A DNA stretch of 63,765 nucleotides, counting the filler, from Octopus bimaculoides (lineage: Eukaryota), in NCBI RefSeq assembly GCF_001194135.2. It is 6 parts of 4 records of this genome, joined end to end, with 100 filler letters (N's around TTAATTAATTAA, not from the genome) between each part and the next. Parts side by side here need not be neighbours in the genome. Positions count along the whole stretch, not along the records: positions 17,263 to 40,039 come from NC_068984.1; positions 40,140 to 55,913 come from NC_069002.1; 4 more parts are not named here. One strand, written 5' to 3'. The position numbers and the translations under genes were made by a program. This document shows, piece after piece, positions 37,760 through 49,854 of this stretch; within the stretch, counting starts at the first letter, position 1, and each line of letters opens with the position of its first letter. The notes beneath the pieces are model-generated. The model was given only the letters and a program-made list of their open reading frames with translations, was not told where the DNA came from and made no database searches.

Positions 37760-37915
37760 TACCACGACCTTTGAACTTTCTGAACTTTTGGAAATCCTTT
37801 CTGTGAAGAGCGTAGGCTCGAAACGTAAAAGACTTTTCCATTCTTCCTGAGAGTTAAACTAATGCACCTGTTTGTTCTTACACCTGTCTTCGTCTTTCGT
37901 CTTCTGTAAATTTGA
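37760..37915 (+). mobile_element. Short repeat carrying a mutated minimal hammerhead (37797-37831)
   Basis: CTTT-CTG_TGA (one A missing)-A-GAGC/GTAG/GCTC-GAAA-CGTA-AAAG. Confidence 0.62.
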
Positions 37916-37934
37916 ATAATACACACACACACAA

Positions 37935-38092
37935 CAGGCTTTTTTCAGTTTTCGTCTACCAAATCCCCTCGCAAGGCTTTGGTCGGTCCAGAGTTATAGA
38001 AGATACGTGCTCAAGGTGCCACGCAGTGAGACTGAACACAGAACCATGTTGTTGGAAAGCAAGCTTCTTTCCTCAACCATACATGCGCGCCT
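37935..38092 (-). mobile_element. SINE family A, 5' half
   Basis: TTTCGTCTACCAAATCC...CAAGGCTTTGGTCGG...CAAGGTGCCACGCAGTGAGACTGAAC...AAGCAAGCTTCTT. Confidence 0.82.
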
Positions 38093-38104
38093 ACATGTAT
38101 ATAT

Positions 38105-38380
38105 TTATTCTTTAATTTTATAATGGTTTCAGTCGTAAGACTGCGACCATGCTGGAGCACCACCTTTATTTTCTATCAGTTTTGTTGTTACTTCATGGCT
38201 GGAAGTTGGGCTATGATTGAGTTTGTTACAGCAGATCTTTCCTAAGAGTATCCTTGAATGGTAGGCTGATCCAGGGTCGTCGTTAGGAGTTTATCCAACG
38301 TTTTTTTCGGATGTTTCCGTAAAGGTTCTTTTTATATTTTTGATTTCTTTAGGTAGGCGATTGAACAGTTGAAGAAGACC
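38105..38380 (-). mobile_element. 3' end of a CR1/L2-group LINE ending in the family A SINE tail
   Basis: Minus strand: GLLQLFNRLPKEIKNIK / KKTLDKLLTTTLDQPTIQGYS*ERSAVTNSIIAQLPAMK*, then a short UTR and AAAGGTGGTGCTCCAGCATGGTCGCAGTC...GACTGAAAC. Confidence 0.78.
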
Positions 38381-39360
38381 TGTAAATACACACACACAAA
38401 CATACACACACACACATTGACATATACACACATGTATAGTAGGTATATGTATACACATATACACGTGAACACGTACATTTCTTATGCAAACATAAATGAA
38501 CTTTCATCAGTTTTGACACTATATATCAGTTGTTCAATCAACTGAATTGTTTATTCATTGAATAATTGTGTCTGTATCTGAGTATTCGTCAAACAGTTGT
38601 AAACCTTAGCATGATTATCAGACAGAACCAGCCTCCTATACAGTATGTATGACAAGTCTGGCTCTTTAAACTATAAGCTATAAGCTGTAATCCATCCCAA
38701 CGGACTTTCACAATTCTGCCAAACCAAATAACCGATTGATGGAAAAGTTTTCTTTGCAGTGTGTAACAATGATCAGCGACTTGAACTCTGAGTCGGAAGT
38801 CTTGTGAATATTATGTGTATGCGTTTATTTTTCAGTACATGTGAACCTACGTAATAGACATGTCAGTTTTACCTATTTCTCTATAGATTGCAAAAAAAAA
38901 AAGAAGGAAAGAGATTATGAACAGCCATTAATCCATCTCTGACCCTTATTACAGTCTCATCGGAGGTGTCTATATCACTTGACTAATCTCAGAGAAACAA
39001 GTAGCTATTTTAATAATGATAATAATGAAATTATTGTATACAGTGCTCAGATGCACTACGATTTTGTTGATATACACATCAAATCTTGCAGATTCAGAGA
39101 ACTAAAGCTTCTTATTTGCACACCATTAATTTTTTTTTTAACACTTATTAATATTGAAAGCCTGTCAACTTGGACCCCAGTCCACACAGTACTAAAGTAT
39201 GACATATGTAACCCAATATAGGAGATGTGTTTATTACTTGAAAAGTTCACAGTCGGCTCAGTTTCACACTGGGTTGACTAATTTATGATGATGGTCTTCC
39301 CGTGGATCTTTTCTGTTTGGCCACATATGTATGTGTGGTGTGTGTTCGCACGCGCGCGCG

Positions 39361-39361
<1 letters not shown>

Positions 39362-39416
<55 letters not shown>
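39362..39416. repeat. (AGAT)n microsatellite
   Basis: Seen directly. Confidence 0.95.
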
Positions 39417-39417
<1 letters not shown>

Positions 39418-39966
39418 GCATATACACATACACGCGTACATATATGCATACACACGCTCATACAAACATGCATACATACATATACACATTACAATCATAC
39501 ACATACGTTCATTCGTACCACGTACAAACGTATAGAAAGAGAAACAGATACGGTAATGCACAAGCATGTCAATCTAAAAGACAGACTCAATCAATCGAAG
39601 AAAGAATGCTGAGGTTTGTCTGTCGTATTTACTCTAAAGTCTAGACCAAGTAAATCATCAGCTTGTCTTAAAAGTCACCTGAAAGCATATGGGCGTACGA
39701 CAATGAACGGAGATTGACGGAACAATGAATACATCTGACAAGATGAAGCAATCATCGTCATATATAGGTTTCGTTCCAATTGAACTTGTCACACAAATAT
39801 CAAGTTGGATCATGTTAGGGAATACATAGTAAACAGATATGGAGCTATCTAGCATTTATTAAAGGTTCGTTGATTTTCTCTTTTTTCCAAATGAGGAGGT
39901 TCCTCTGTTCCTAATGTTTCTATTATAAAAAGGATGTATTTGAAAATAAAAAATTATACGCTCGCG

Positions 39967-39969
<3 letters not shown>

Positions 39970-40039
<70 letters not shown>
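39970..40039. repeat. (CA)n microsatellite at scaffold end
   Basis: Seen directly. Confidence 0.95.
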
Positions 40040-40145
40040 NNNNNNNNNNNNNNNNNNNNNNNNNNNNNNNNNNNNNNNNNNNNTTAATTAATTAANNNNN
40101 NNNNNNNNNNNNNNNNNNNNNNNNNNNNNNNNNNNNNNNTTTTTC

Positions 40146-40298
40146 TCAGACAAAACCCTAAGACAAGCAGAATTATTGTCCTAGGTAATAATTCTAGGAC
40201 AATAGAGAGTTTGTCCTAGAGAGGTTTGTCCTAGAGAGGTTTGTCCTAGAGAGGTTTGTCCTAGAGAGGTTTGTCCTAGGGGGTTTTGTCCGAATCCC
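40146..40298. mobile_element. Small TIR element with an internal 15-bp tandem array
   Basis: TCAGACAAAACCC at left versus GGGTTTTGTCCGA at right. Unit GAGAGGTTTGTCCTA about x5 (40205-40278). Confidence 0.6.
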
Positions 40299-40299
40299 G

Positions 40300-40545
40300 T
40301 AGGAGGCAATGATTAAGTCGTGCAGGCCTGGTCAACCATCAAAGTAGCCATTACATGTCAGAGGACTTCATCCTGTGACACCGATTCCTTCTGCCAGCCA
40401 GCACAACTGTGCATTATGCAATAAAATGTGCAAATCTTTGGCGAGGCTCAAGTGTCATATAACGGCCTCACATTGCCGTATCAATGACGCATTTCAATGA
40501 TGCTTTCCAACAATGGCTTTGCTCGTATACGAGAAATCCACTACA
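40300..40545 (+). mobile_element. 3' end of a related RTE LINE (Zn-finger tail, internally deleted)
   Basis: LSRAGLVNHQSSH / LHVRGLHPVTPIPSASQHNCALCNKMCKSLARLKCHITASH, homologous to 36800-37070. 3' UTR AATGGCTTTGCTCGT matches 37100. Confidence 0.8.
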
Positions 40546-41484
40546 TATATATATATATAGATACATATATANNNNNNNNNNNNNNNNNNNNNNNNNNNNN
40601 NNNNNNNNNNNNNNNNNNNNNNNNNNNNNNNNNNNNNNNNNNNNNNNNNNNNNNNNNNNNNNNNNNNNNNNNNNNNNNNNNNNNNNNNNNNNNNNNNNNN
40701 NNNNNNNNNNNNNNNNNNNNNNNNNNNNNNNNNNNNNNNNNNNNNNNNNNNNNNNNNNNNNNNNNNNNNNNNNNNNNNNNNNNNNNNNNNNNNNNNNNNN
40801 NNNNNNNNNNNNNNNNNNNNNNNNNNNNNNNNNNNNNNNNNNNNNNNNNNNNNNNNNNNNNNNNNNNNNNNNNNNNNNNNNNNNNNNNNNNNNNNNNNNN
40901 NNNNNNNNNNNNNNNNNNNNNNNNNNNNNNNNNNNNNNNNNNNNNNNNNNNNNNNNNNNNNNNNNNNNNNNNNNNNNNNNNNNNNNNNNNNNNNNNNNNN
41001 NNNNNNNNNNNNNNNNNNNNNNNNNNNNNNNNNNNNNNNNNNNNNNNNNNNNNNNNNNNNNNNNNNNNNNNNNNNNNNNNNNNNNNNNNNNNNNNNNNNN
41101 NNNNNNNNNNNNNNNNNNNNNNNNNNNNNNNNNNNNNNNNNNNNNNNNNNNNNNNNNNNNNNNNNNNNNNNNNNNNNNNNNNNNNNNNNNNNNNNNNNNN
41201 NNNNNNNNNNNNNNNNNNNNNNNNNNNNNNNNNNNNNNNNNNNNNNNNNNNNNNNNNNNNNNNNNNNNNNNNNNNNNNNNNNNNNNNNNNNNNNNNNNNN
41301 NNNNNNNNNNNNNNNNNNNNNNNNNNNNNNNNNNNNNNNNNNNNNNNNNNNNNNNNNNNNNNNNNNNNNNNNNNNNNNNNNNNNNNNNNNNNNNNNNNNN
41401 NNNNNNNNNNNNNNNNNNNNNNNNNNNNNNNNNNNNNNNNNNNNNNNNNNNNNNNNNNNNNNNNNNNNNNNNNNNNNNNNNNNN

Positions 41485-41850
41485 TTACGACGTCGAGGGT
41501 TCCAGTTGATCCGATCAACGGAACAGCCTGATCGTGAAATTAACGTGCAAGTGGCTGAGCACTCCACAGACACGTGTACCCTTAACGTAGTTCTCGTGGA
41601 TATTCAGCGTGACACAGTGTGACAAGGCTGACCCTTTGAATTACAGACACAACAGAAGCAGGAAGTAAGAGTGAGAGAAAGTTGTGGTGGAAGAGTACAG
41701 CAGGGTTCGCCACCATCCCCTGCCGGAGCCTCGTGGAGCTTTAAGTGTTTTCGCTCAATAAACAACACTCACAACGCCCGGTCTGGGAATCGAAACCGCG
41801 ATCCTATGACCGCGAGTCCGCTGCCCTAACCACTGGGCCATTGGGCCACC
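41485..41850 (-). mobile_element. SINE family B
   Basis: Reverse complement of the 53624-54008 copy along its length. Confidence 0.9.
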
Positions 41851-43146
41851 ACAGCGATACTAATAACCTGGTGTTAAAACTCAGTATATACGTATACTTC
41901 AGAACAAAGCGTCAGTTGAGTACACAGAAGTATTAAGAAATTAAAATGACAAGGGAATACGTATATAGTTGTACATATGTAAAAATATAAGTATATATGT
42001 GCGTGTGTGCGTGTGTGTGTTTGTGTGTTAGGATTAATGCGACAGCAGCAGTTGTTGCTAGTTATAGTAATAGTTAACGGTGACAGTAGAGAGAGGTAAG
42101 CGTTGTTGATGAAGTTGGCGGCGAGACCGTGAGTGGCGGGTTAGTGACCCAACTCAGACACAACTCTGTAAGGTGATAACTGTGTAAAATGATAGTTTCA
42201 TTGACTGTTAAGGTTTATAATTTGTAAGTACCTCGAGAACCTCCGGCGCCAAAACAAAAATAAAAAGAAAACTGTTGCCAAAGGTCGGATATGTGACTTT
42301 GTATATATATATATATATATATAGTATTTTATAGATTTTTATTCATTTAAGTTTCTCGTATTTTTTTAAATCTTGGTGTGCGCGCGTGTGTGTATGTGTT
42401 TAGTGGCTGCGAGTGGCGAATGGCGGCAAGTGGCGGGAGGATGGCGATGCGTATGAAATGCGTGTCTTTTCATTGTATAGGTGTGCATATGCGTATGCAT
42501 ACGTGTACGTTAGTAAATATGTTATGCATATCCATAATATATAGATATTACACGCACACATATATAGAATGTGTGTGTATATATATATATGCACTTCGAA
42601 ACGCCGGTGTTAAAACGGGGGTAGCTGATGAAGAAGAATGTTCTCTATGTGGTTTGTGTGTTTTCTCGTCTACGTTTTGTTTGCAATGTCCTGTACCCAG
42701 ATATGCACCTATACATACAGGTGGATGTCGGTATGCACATACCTGTACGTATATATGCATATACTCATTTACTATTTGTTTTATATATATATATACACAC
42801 NNNNNNNNNNNNNNNNNNNNNNNNNNNNNNNNNNNNNNNNNNNNNNNNNNNNNNNNNNNNNNNNNNNNNNNNNNNNNNNNNNNNNNNNNNNNNNNNNNNN
42901 NNNNNNNNNNNNNNNNNNNNNNNNNNNNNNNNNNNNNNNNNNNNNNNNNNNNNNNNNNNNNNNNNNNNNNNNNNNNNNNNNNNNNNNNNNNNNNNNNNNN
43001 NNNNNNNNNNNNNNNNNNNNNNNNNNNNNNNNNNNNNNNNNNNNNNNNNNNNNNNNNNNNNNNNNNNNNNNNNNNNNNNNNNNNNNNNNNNNNNNNNNNN
43101 NNNNNNNNNNNNNNNNNNNNNNNNNNNNNNNNNNNNNNNNNNNNNA

Positions 43147-43350
43147 TATTCTTTTATTTGTTTCAGTCATTTGACTGCAGCCATGCTGGAGCAAAGCCTT
43201 TAGTAGAACAAATCGACCCCAGGAATTATTCTTTGTAAGCCTAGTACGTATCCTATCCGTCTGTCTTGCCGAACAGCTAAGTGACGGGGACGTAAACACA
43301 CCAGCATCGGTTGTCAAGCGATGTTGGGTGGACAAACACAGACACACAAA
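43147..43350 (-). mobile_element. SINE family A, 3' half
   Basis: TTTCAGTCATTTGACTGCAGCCATGCTGGAGCA...GGGGACGTAAACACACCAGCATCGGTTGTCAAGCGATG. Confidence 0.85.
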
Positions 43351-43368
43351 TATATAATACATGTATAC

Positions 43369-43371
<3 letters not shown>

Positions 43372-43440
<69 letters not shown>
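43372..43440. repeat. (AAT)n microsatellite
   Basis: Seen directly. Confidence 0.95.
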
Positions 43441-43441
<1 letters not shown>

Positions 43442-43564
43442 TAATTAATTAATTCGTTTTATTGGCCACAAGGGCTAATATCAATTAAAAACATGTAAGG
43501 ACAAAGACAGGACGAAGGTTACAAAAGGTTTTGTCCGAAAAGGTAGGAAAGTTCAATAATAAAT

Positions 43565-44134
43565 GACCTGATGCAGTATCAGGCAGTGGCTCTCATGACT
43601 TTCGATCTTAACTGACTGGAAACGTTATCGTGTACATTGTTTTGTCTTGGTATAAAAGATGAGCTATACACCAAATATTATGCTGAATACCACAGATTTG
43701 CTTGTCTGTTGTTTGACCTTAACTTAAGTTGAGCATGTCCTTCAGTAGCAGACGATATGTGCAACTCTGATCACGAGCAGAAGTAGTGGGGGAGCATCAT
43801 AGCAATGTGTTGAGAGGAATTCTTTGAGACTTTGGAAACGTGGGTGTTTTGTTCATCATCCTTAAAAACAAACATCATTCAGCGACTTTTTGAGCGGTAT
43901 GGGCTTTTCAACCCGAAGAAAATTCTAACTGAGCCCCACCTGCAAGGTCATGCGCAGGTTCTCTTGATATGAGATCACCATGTCGTGCACATATGGCTGT
44001 CATGCATGTGCCTGGTGTACCCTTATCAGACGGGTAGTCATGATGGGTATACTGGGCATCGTATATTTTAGCCCAGTGTCACTTTGATGGCATGCGCTGC
44101 TCTCTCACTCAATAATAATAATAATAATAATAAT

Positions 44135-44182
<48 letters not shown>
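43565..44182 (+). repeat. Probable 3' UTR of a non-LTR retroelement ending in an (AAT)n tail
   Basis: Non-coding, higher-complexity 550 bp ending ...GCTCTCTCACTC directly followed by (AAT)n. Only one copy here, so repeat status is inference. Confidence 0.4.
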
Positions 44183-45576
44183 NNNNNNNNNNNNNNNNNN
44201 NNNNNNNNNNNNNNNNNNNNNNNNNNNNNNNNNNNNNNNNNNNNNNNNNNNNNNNNNNNNNNNNNNNNNNNNNNNNNNNNNNNNNNNNNNNNNNNNNNNN
44301 NNNNNNNNNNNNNNNNNNNNNNNNNNNNNNNNNNNNNNNNNNNNNNNNNNNNNNNNNNNNNNNNNNNNNNGAGGAGGAGGAGGAGGAGGAGGATAGTCAA
44401 ATGTTTTGGTGCCTGTCTTTTGACTCACCCTATATATAATGGCAGATCAATGTCTTTTCAGGTAAATCTCGTTCTAGAAAGTCGTATAAAAATAAATTCC
44501 TTATTCTGAATTGATTGTTTTAATTTCGTAGTATTTAAAGTGACCGCTTCGTTTTTCTGTCTGCTCTTGTCCGACAACGAATTGTGAGGCCAACAACTGT
44601 GTCACTAAACGAAGAGCTACTTTCAATTCAACAGCAGATGGCGAGGCCAATAGACAACGAAACATCTCGACTGTAACTGGCAGTAAAGAAGCCATATTTT
44701 CTTTATGTGGTATATTTGAAGTTCATTCTTTCCGTTTAACTTTCATAGATCCATAACATCTTGCACATATGTCTTCTACCACTGTCTTCAGGCTAGTCAA
44801 TGCCTTGTACGAGGAATTTAGTAGACCAAAACTCTACCAAAATCTGTCGTATGTAAAACAAATAACCTTTATTTATTATGTTTCACGTATCTTTGATGCG
44901 TATTTCGTAATGTAGACTTTCCCAAACTTATTTCATTGCGGAAACCTTATGGTTTTTCAAAACCACCAGCACTCATTTCAATATTCTATGGACAATTCCT
45001 TTCACCTTAATTATAAATGAAACATAAATCGTCTAAGAAAAGTAATAACTTATATTTTCAGAAAGGTGAATATCATTTTTTGAAGACATTGTTTAGCGGA
45101 ACCTCAGATGTGTCTTATTTTTTTAAACTATTTTCACGGCACCTTGTGGTTCACCAGAACAAACGATGACAAACACTGTTCCAGTTTAAGACAAAGGTCT
45201 TTGATTTGAGTGAAATTTGGCTGCTATTTCTAACATATTGCGTAACTGTATAGAAGCTCTTAAGTTTAGCTCGTGGAACAAGTTATCATTCAGCCCAATG
45301 CACGCGTTCTCCAGTCACAACGTTTTTGCTCTGCTTTATGCTAATTATCACTTACATGTAACGGACAACGTGTAAATGGCTTAATATTTCGAAGGAAATT
45401 AACTGATTTTTTTAGTAGATCGAGTTACTGTTTCGTTTATGTTGTTTTGTTTTCATTTTTAATTGTTTTTTTATAGCTTCTATCGCTGCTTTTTTTTTTA
45501 TATATAATGGCCATTTAATTCTTTTTATAATTATTTTTGTTACCGAATAATAAAGCACATATATACAGATACGCAA

Positions 45577-45613
<37 letters not shown>

Positions 45614-45736
45614 CACACACATACACACATACACACACACATGATTATATAAATGTATTAATATAGAACTCTTTATTCTATGCTATCACCTGTTGATAAA
45701 TTTTAAAGTGTATATATACATACATANNNNNNNNNN

Positions 45737-45781
<45 letters not shown>

Positions 45782-46164
45782 GCGTGAATACATAAGACAA
45801 AAATGGCAGTATTTAAACAGCAAACAACGACTCAAATGAAACATTAAAATACAACATTTTTTATGGCAATGAAAAAAAAAATGTCTTAAAATGGCTGCAT
45901 TTTAAAAGAGGTCATTTGAAAGATTATAATTATTGTGTAGTTTGTGTATAGAATCAAATAGTTACACCATTATAGAGTAATATGTCTCGATAATCTGCCA
46001 ACAAAGTAAATACGACACCGTACAACTATATCGCTGATCGTCTGTCTGTCTGTTTGTCTGGGTGGCTGGCTGGTTTGTTGGCTGGTTTGTTGGTTGGTTG
46101 GTTGCCTAGTCTATTGGCAACAGTCGCGGATTTTGTGGTGGGAATTATGGGAAGCGTGCTTCCT

Positions 46165-46529
46165 TTTATTCTTTTACTTGTTTCAGTCGTTTGACTGCAG
46201 CCATGCTGGAGCACCGCCTTGAAAGGTTTTAGTCGAAGAAATCGAGCACTCCGTCGGTTACGACGACGAAGGTCCCAGCTGATACGATCAACGGAACAGC
46301 TTGCTCGTGAAATTAACGTGCAAGTGGCTGAGCAATCCACAGACACGTGAACCCTTAACGTAGTTTTCAGGGAGATTCAGCGTGACACAGAATGTGACAA
46401 GGCCGGCCCTTTGAAATACAGGTACTACTCATTTTTGCCAGCTGAGTTGACTGAAGCAACGTGAAATAAAGTATCTTGCTCAAGGACACAACGCGTCGCC
46501 GGGAATCGAACTCACGACCTTACAATCGN
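46165..46529 (-). mobile_element. Family A tail (46165-46243) abutting a hybrid SINE with family D head and family B tail (46244-46529)
   Basis: 46244-46410 matches the B tail (CGACGGAGTGC, CTGTTCCGTTGATC, CACTTGCACGTTAATTTCACG). 46420-46529 matches the D head and body (CAGCTGGCAAAAA, CTTGAGCAA, GTTCGATTCCC). Confidence 0.8.
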
Positions 46530-46805
46530 NNNNNNNNNTCGTGCTTATGGTAGTGGTGGTGGTGATGGTAGTGGTCGTGATAGTGGTGTTAGTGATAGTT
46601 GTGGTGGTAGTGAGGGCGATGAAGGTGGTGGTCTTGGTGCTGGTGGCTGTAGAAGTGGTAGTGGTAGTGCTGGTGAGTCAAATGTTTCTGATGTTGTTGT
46701 TGTCGTCGTCGTCGTCGTTGTTGTTTATTCTTAGGTCAGCCATGCAAACTGATGATCAAATACATTCCAGCTTAGCCAGACAGCCTACATATATGTATAT
46801 ATATG

Positions 46806-46850
<45 letters not shown>

Positions 46851-47862
46851 AGAATGGAGAAACAAACACAAGAAGAAGCAAGTCAATTGGGCTAGTTAGC
46901 CATTGATTTAATTATGTGGAGATTATATAACGCGTCATTTACGATCGTTTCGATGTGCCAAATGGTTTGGCAGATCTCTTCAGAATGTTGAGAAGTATGT
47001 TAAAGTTCATGGTGTGAGAGATGCAGGAGAAACAGTTAGTGGATATAGTAATGCATATAGTGNNNNNNNNNNNNNNNNNNNNNNNNNNNNNNNNNNNNNN
47101 NNNNNNNNNNNNNNNNNNNNNNNNNNNNNNNNNNNNNNNNNNNNNNNNNNNNNNNNNNNNNNNNNNNNNNNNNNNNNNNNNNNNNNNNNNNNNNNNNNNN
47201 NNNNNNNNNNNNNNNNNNNNNNNNNNNNNNNNNNNNNNNNNNNNNNNNNNNNNNNNNNNNNNNNNNNNNNNNNNNNNNNNNNNNNNNNNNNNNNNNNNNN
47301 NNNNNNNNNNNNNNNNNNNNNNNNNNNNNNNNNNNNNNNNNNNNNNNNNNNNNNNNNNNNNNNNNNNNNNNNNNNNNNNNNNNNNNNNNNNNNNNNNNNN
47401 NNNNNNNNNNNNNNNNNNNNNNNNNNNNNNNNNNNNNNNNNNNNNNNNNNNNNNNNNNNNNNNNNNNNNNNNNNNNNNNNNNNNNNNNNNNNNNNNNNNN
47501 NNNNNNNNNNNNNNNNNNNNNNNNNNNNNNNNNNNNNNNNNNNNNNNNNNNNNNNNNNNNNNNNNNNNNNNNNNNNNNNNNNNNNNNNNNNNNNNNNNNN
47601 NNNNNNNNNNNNNNNNNNNNNNNNNNNNNNNNNNNNNNNNNNNNNNNNNNNNNNNNNNNNNNNNNNNNNNNNNNNNNNNNNNNNNNNNNNNNNNNNNNNN
47701 NNNNNNNNNNNNNNNNNNNNNNNNNNNNNNNNNNNNNNNNNNNNNNNNNNNNNNNNNNNNNNNNNNNNNNNNNNNNNNNNNNNNNNNNNNNNNNNNNNNN
47801 NNNNNNNNNNNNNNNNNNNNNNNNNNNNNNNNNNNNNNNNNNNNNNNNNNNNNNNNNNNNNA

Positions 47863-47912
47863 GAGGGGGGATGAAGAGAGGGGGGATGAAGAGAGGGGGG
47901 ATGAAGAGAGGG
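47863..47912. repeat. 15-bp purine-rich minisatellite (GGGGGATGAAGAGAG) x3, running into a gap
   Basis: Seen directly. Confidence 0.85.
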
Positions 47913-48361
47913 GAAGAGAGATTTGGATAGAAAATTTTTAAAAAAACAACAAAGGAAAGAGAGAAGGAAAGATCCAAAGCATTTTGCTGCTGTAACAAGA
48001 CATCTCCAACAGAGATAATAAAAGCGTGGAAGGCGTAAAGGCCTCACCCAACTCCTTCGCATTGTAACACTTTTGATGTCTCGACTGAGGAGTGAAACCT
48101 TAAATATCACGTAATAAACAAGATAGAGATTGTTGGTATGTTTGTCGGTGTGGTGATGGGCGGAAGCGGTGCGCTGTTTAATCTATGCACATACTAATAC
48201 ACACGGACGAACACTAACACGATCACACTAACACAAACACAAACACTCTCACATACACATACTACTCTAGAAATAATTTTTTTATTCACATATATGTACA
48301 AAAAATATACATAGACATACAAACATATATACATAAGTATATTTGTATGTGTGTGCGTGTT

Positions 48362-48410
<49 letters not shown>

Positions 48411-48537
48411 GTGTGTATGTGCGTAGGTACGTGTGTCCGTGTATATATGTTCATATGTAAGTGTAAATCAAAGTATGTCATTTCTCTGTCTCTTAGCTAT
48501 TTATCTCCATATTTATATATGTATGCATGTGTGCGTG

Positions 48538-48578
<41 letters not shown>

Positions 48579-49311
48579 GCATACATACATACATATATAA
48601 ATATGCAGATAAACAGCGTTATATATATATANNNNNNNNNNNNNNNNNNNNNNNNNNNNNNNNNNNNNNNNNNNNNNNNNNNNNNNNNNNNNNNNNNNNN
48701 NNNNNNNNNNNNNNNNNNNNNNNNNNNNNNNNNNNNNNNNNNNNNNNNNNNNNNNNNNNNNNNNNNNNNNNNNNNNNNNNNNNNNNNNNNNNNNNNNNNN
48801 NNNNNNNNNNNNNNNNNNNNNNNNNNNNNNNNNNNNNNNNNNNNNNNNNNNNNNNNNNNNNNNNNNNNNNNNNNNNNNNNNNNNNNNNNNNNNNNNNNNN
48901 NNNNNNNNNNNNNNNNNNNNNNNNNNNNNNNNNNNNNNNNNNNNNNNNNNNNNNNNNNNNNNNNNNNNNNNNNNNNNNNNNNNNNNNNNNNNNNNNNNNN
49001 NNNNNNNNNNNNNNNNNNNNNNNNNNNNNNNNNNNNNNNNNNNNNNNNNNNNNNNNNNNNNNNNNNNNNNNNNNNNNNNNNNNNNNNNNNNNNNNNNNNN
49101 NNNNNNNNNNNNNNNNNNNNNNNNNNNNNNNNNNNNNNNNNNNNNNNNNNNNNNNNNNNNNNNNNNNNNNNNNNNNNNNNNNNNNNNNNNNNNNNNNNNN
49201 NNNNNNNNNNNNNNNNNNNNNNNNNNNNNNNNNNNNNNNNNNNNNNNNNNNNNNNNNNNNNNNNNNNNNNNNNNNNNNNNNNNNNNNNNNNNNNATATAT
49301 ATATATATATA

Positions 49312-49847
49312 TAGGGTGCGATGGGTAAATTATTGCCATTTTGTATTTTTTAATTTCGCACATGCACATAGTTTGTTTTAGATTTTATCGACTACACAGT
49401 ACAGTAGGCTCAGTTGGGCACCGTCTGCGAGAAAAACAGCAGCATGACGCAATCCACTCTGCGAGAAATTTGGAAACGACATGCTGTACTGCTTGGCGTT
49501 TGTACCGGAAGCTCCAATACGAACATTTCGGAGTGTCTGGATGTCAATGTGAGGACAGTGCAATTTGAGGACATTTAGTGATAAAAAAAAAACATCCAGT
49601 GAACATCATGGTATTTGAAGTGATCACTAGTGTTGGCGACGTTATGCCTCAATTCACCTTCCCACACGGCCTCAGACTCAACTACTTGGAGGAGGTAATA
49701 CCGCCCTGGGTCAAGATGGTGGCTGCTGCAAGAACCTATGTCTGGCAACAGGACTCTGCATCATGCCACACAAGCAGAAGAATCCAGTTATGGCTGTCAT
49801 ACAATTTTTGCGACTACATCACCCCTAACATCTGGCCACCTAACTCC
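49312..49847 (+). mobile_element. Internally deleted maT-like transposon fragment
   Basis: Starts AGGGTGCG, like the 13710 TIR. KHPVNIMVFEVITSVGDVMP...YVWQQDSASCHTSRRIQLWLSYNFCDYITPNIWPPNS is homologous to the 13.9-14.3 kb catalytic region. Confidence 0.85.
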
Positions 49848-49854
49848 GCCCTCC

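Noticed and set aside
40205-40290. CRISPR-like array
   Set aside because: Contiguous 15-bp units with no unique spacers, in a eukaryotic context with no cas genes.
42590-42790. GAAACGCC followed by CTGATGAAG as another hammerhead
   Set aside because: Elements are in the wrong order for type I and no helices could be drawn. May be a pLTR remnant but is unsupported here.
43441-43452. TTAATTAATTAA as a sixth linker
   Set aside because: Not flanked by N runs; arises at the edge of a natural (AAT)n tract.
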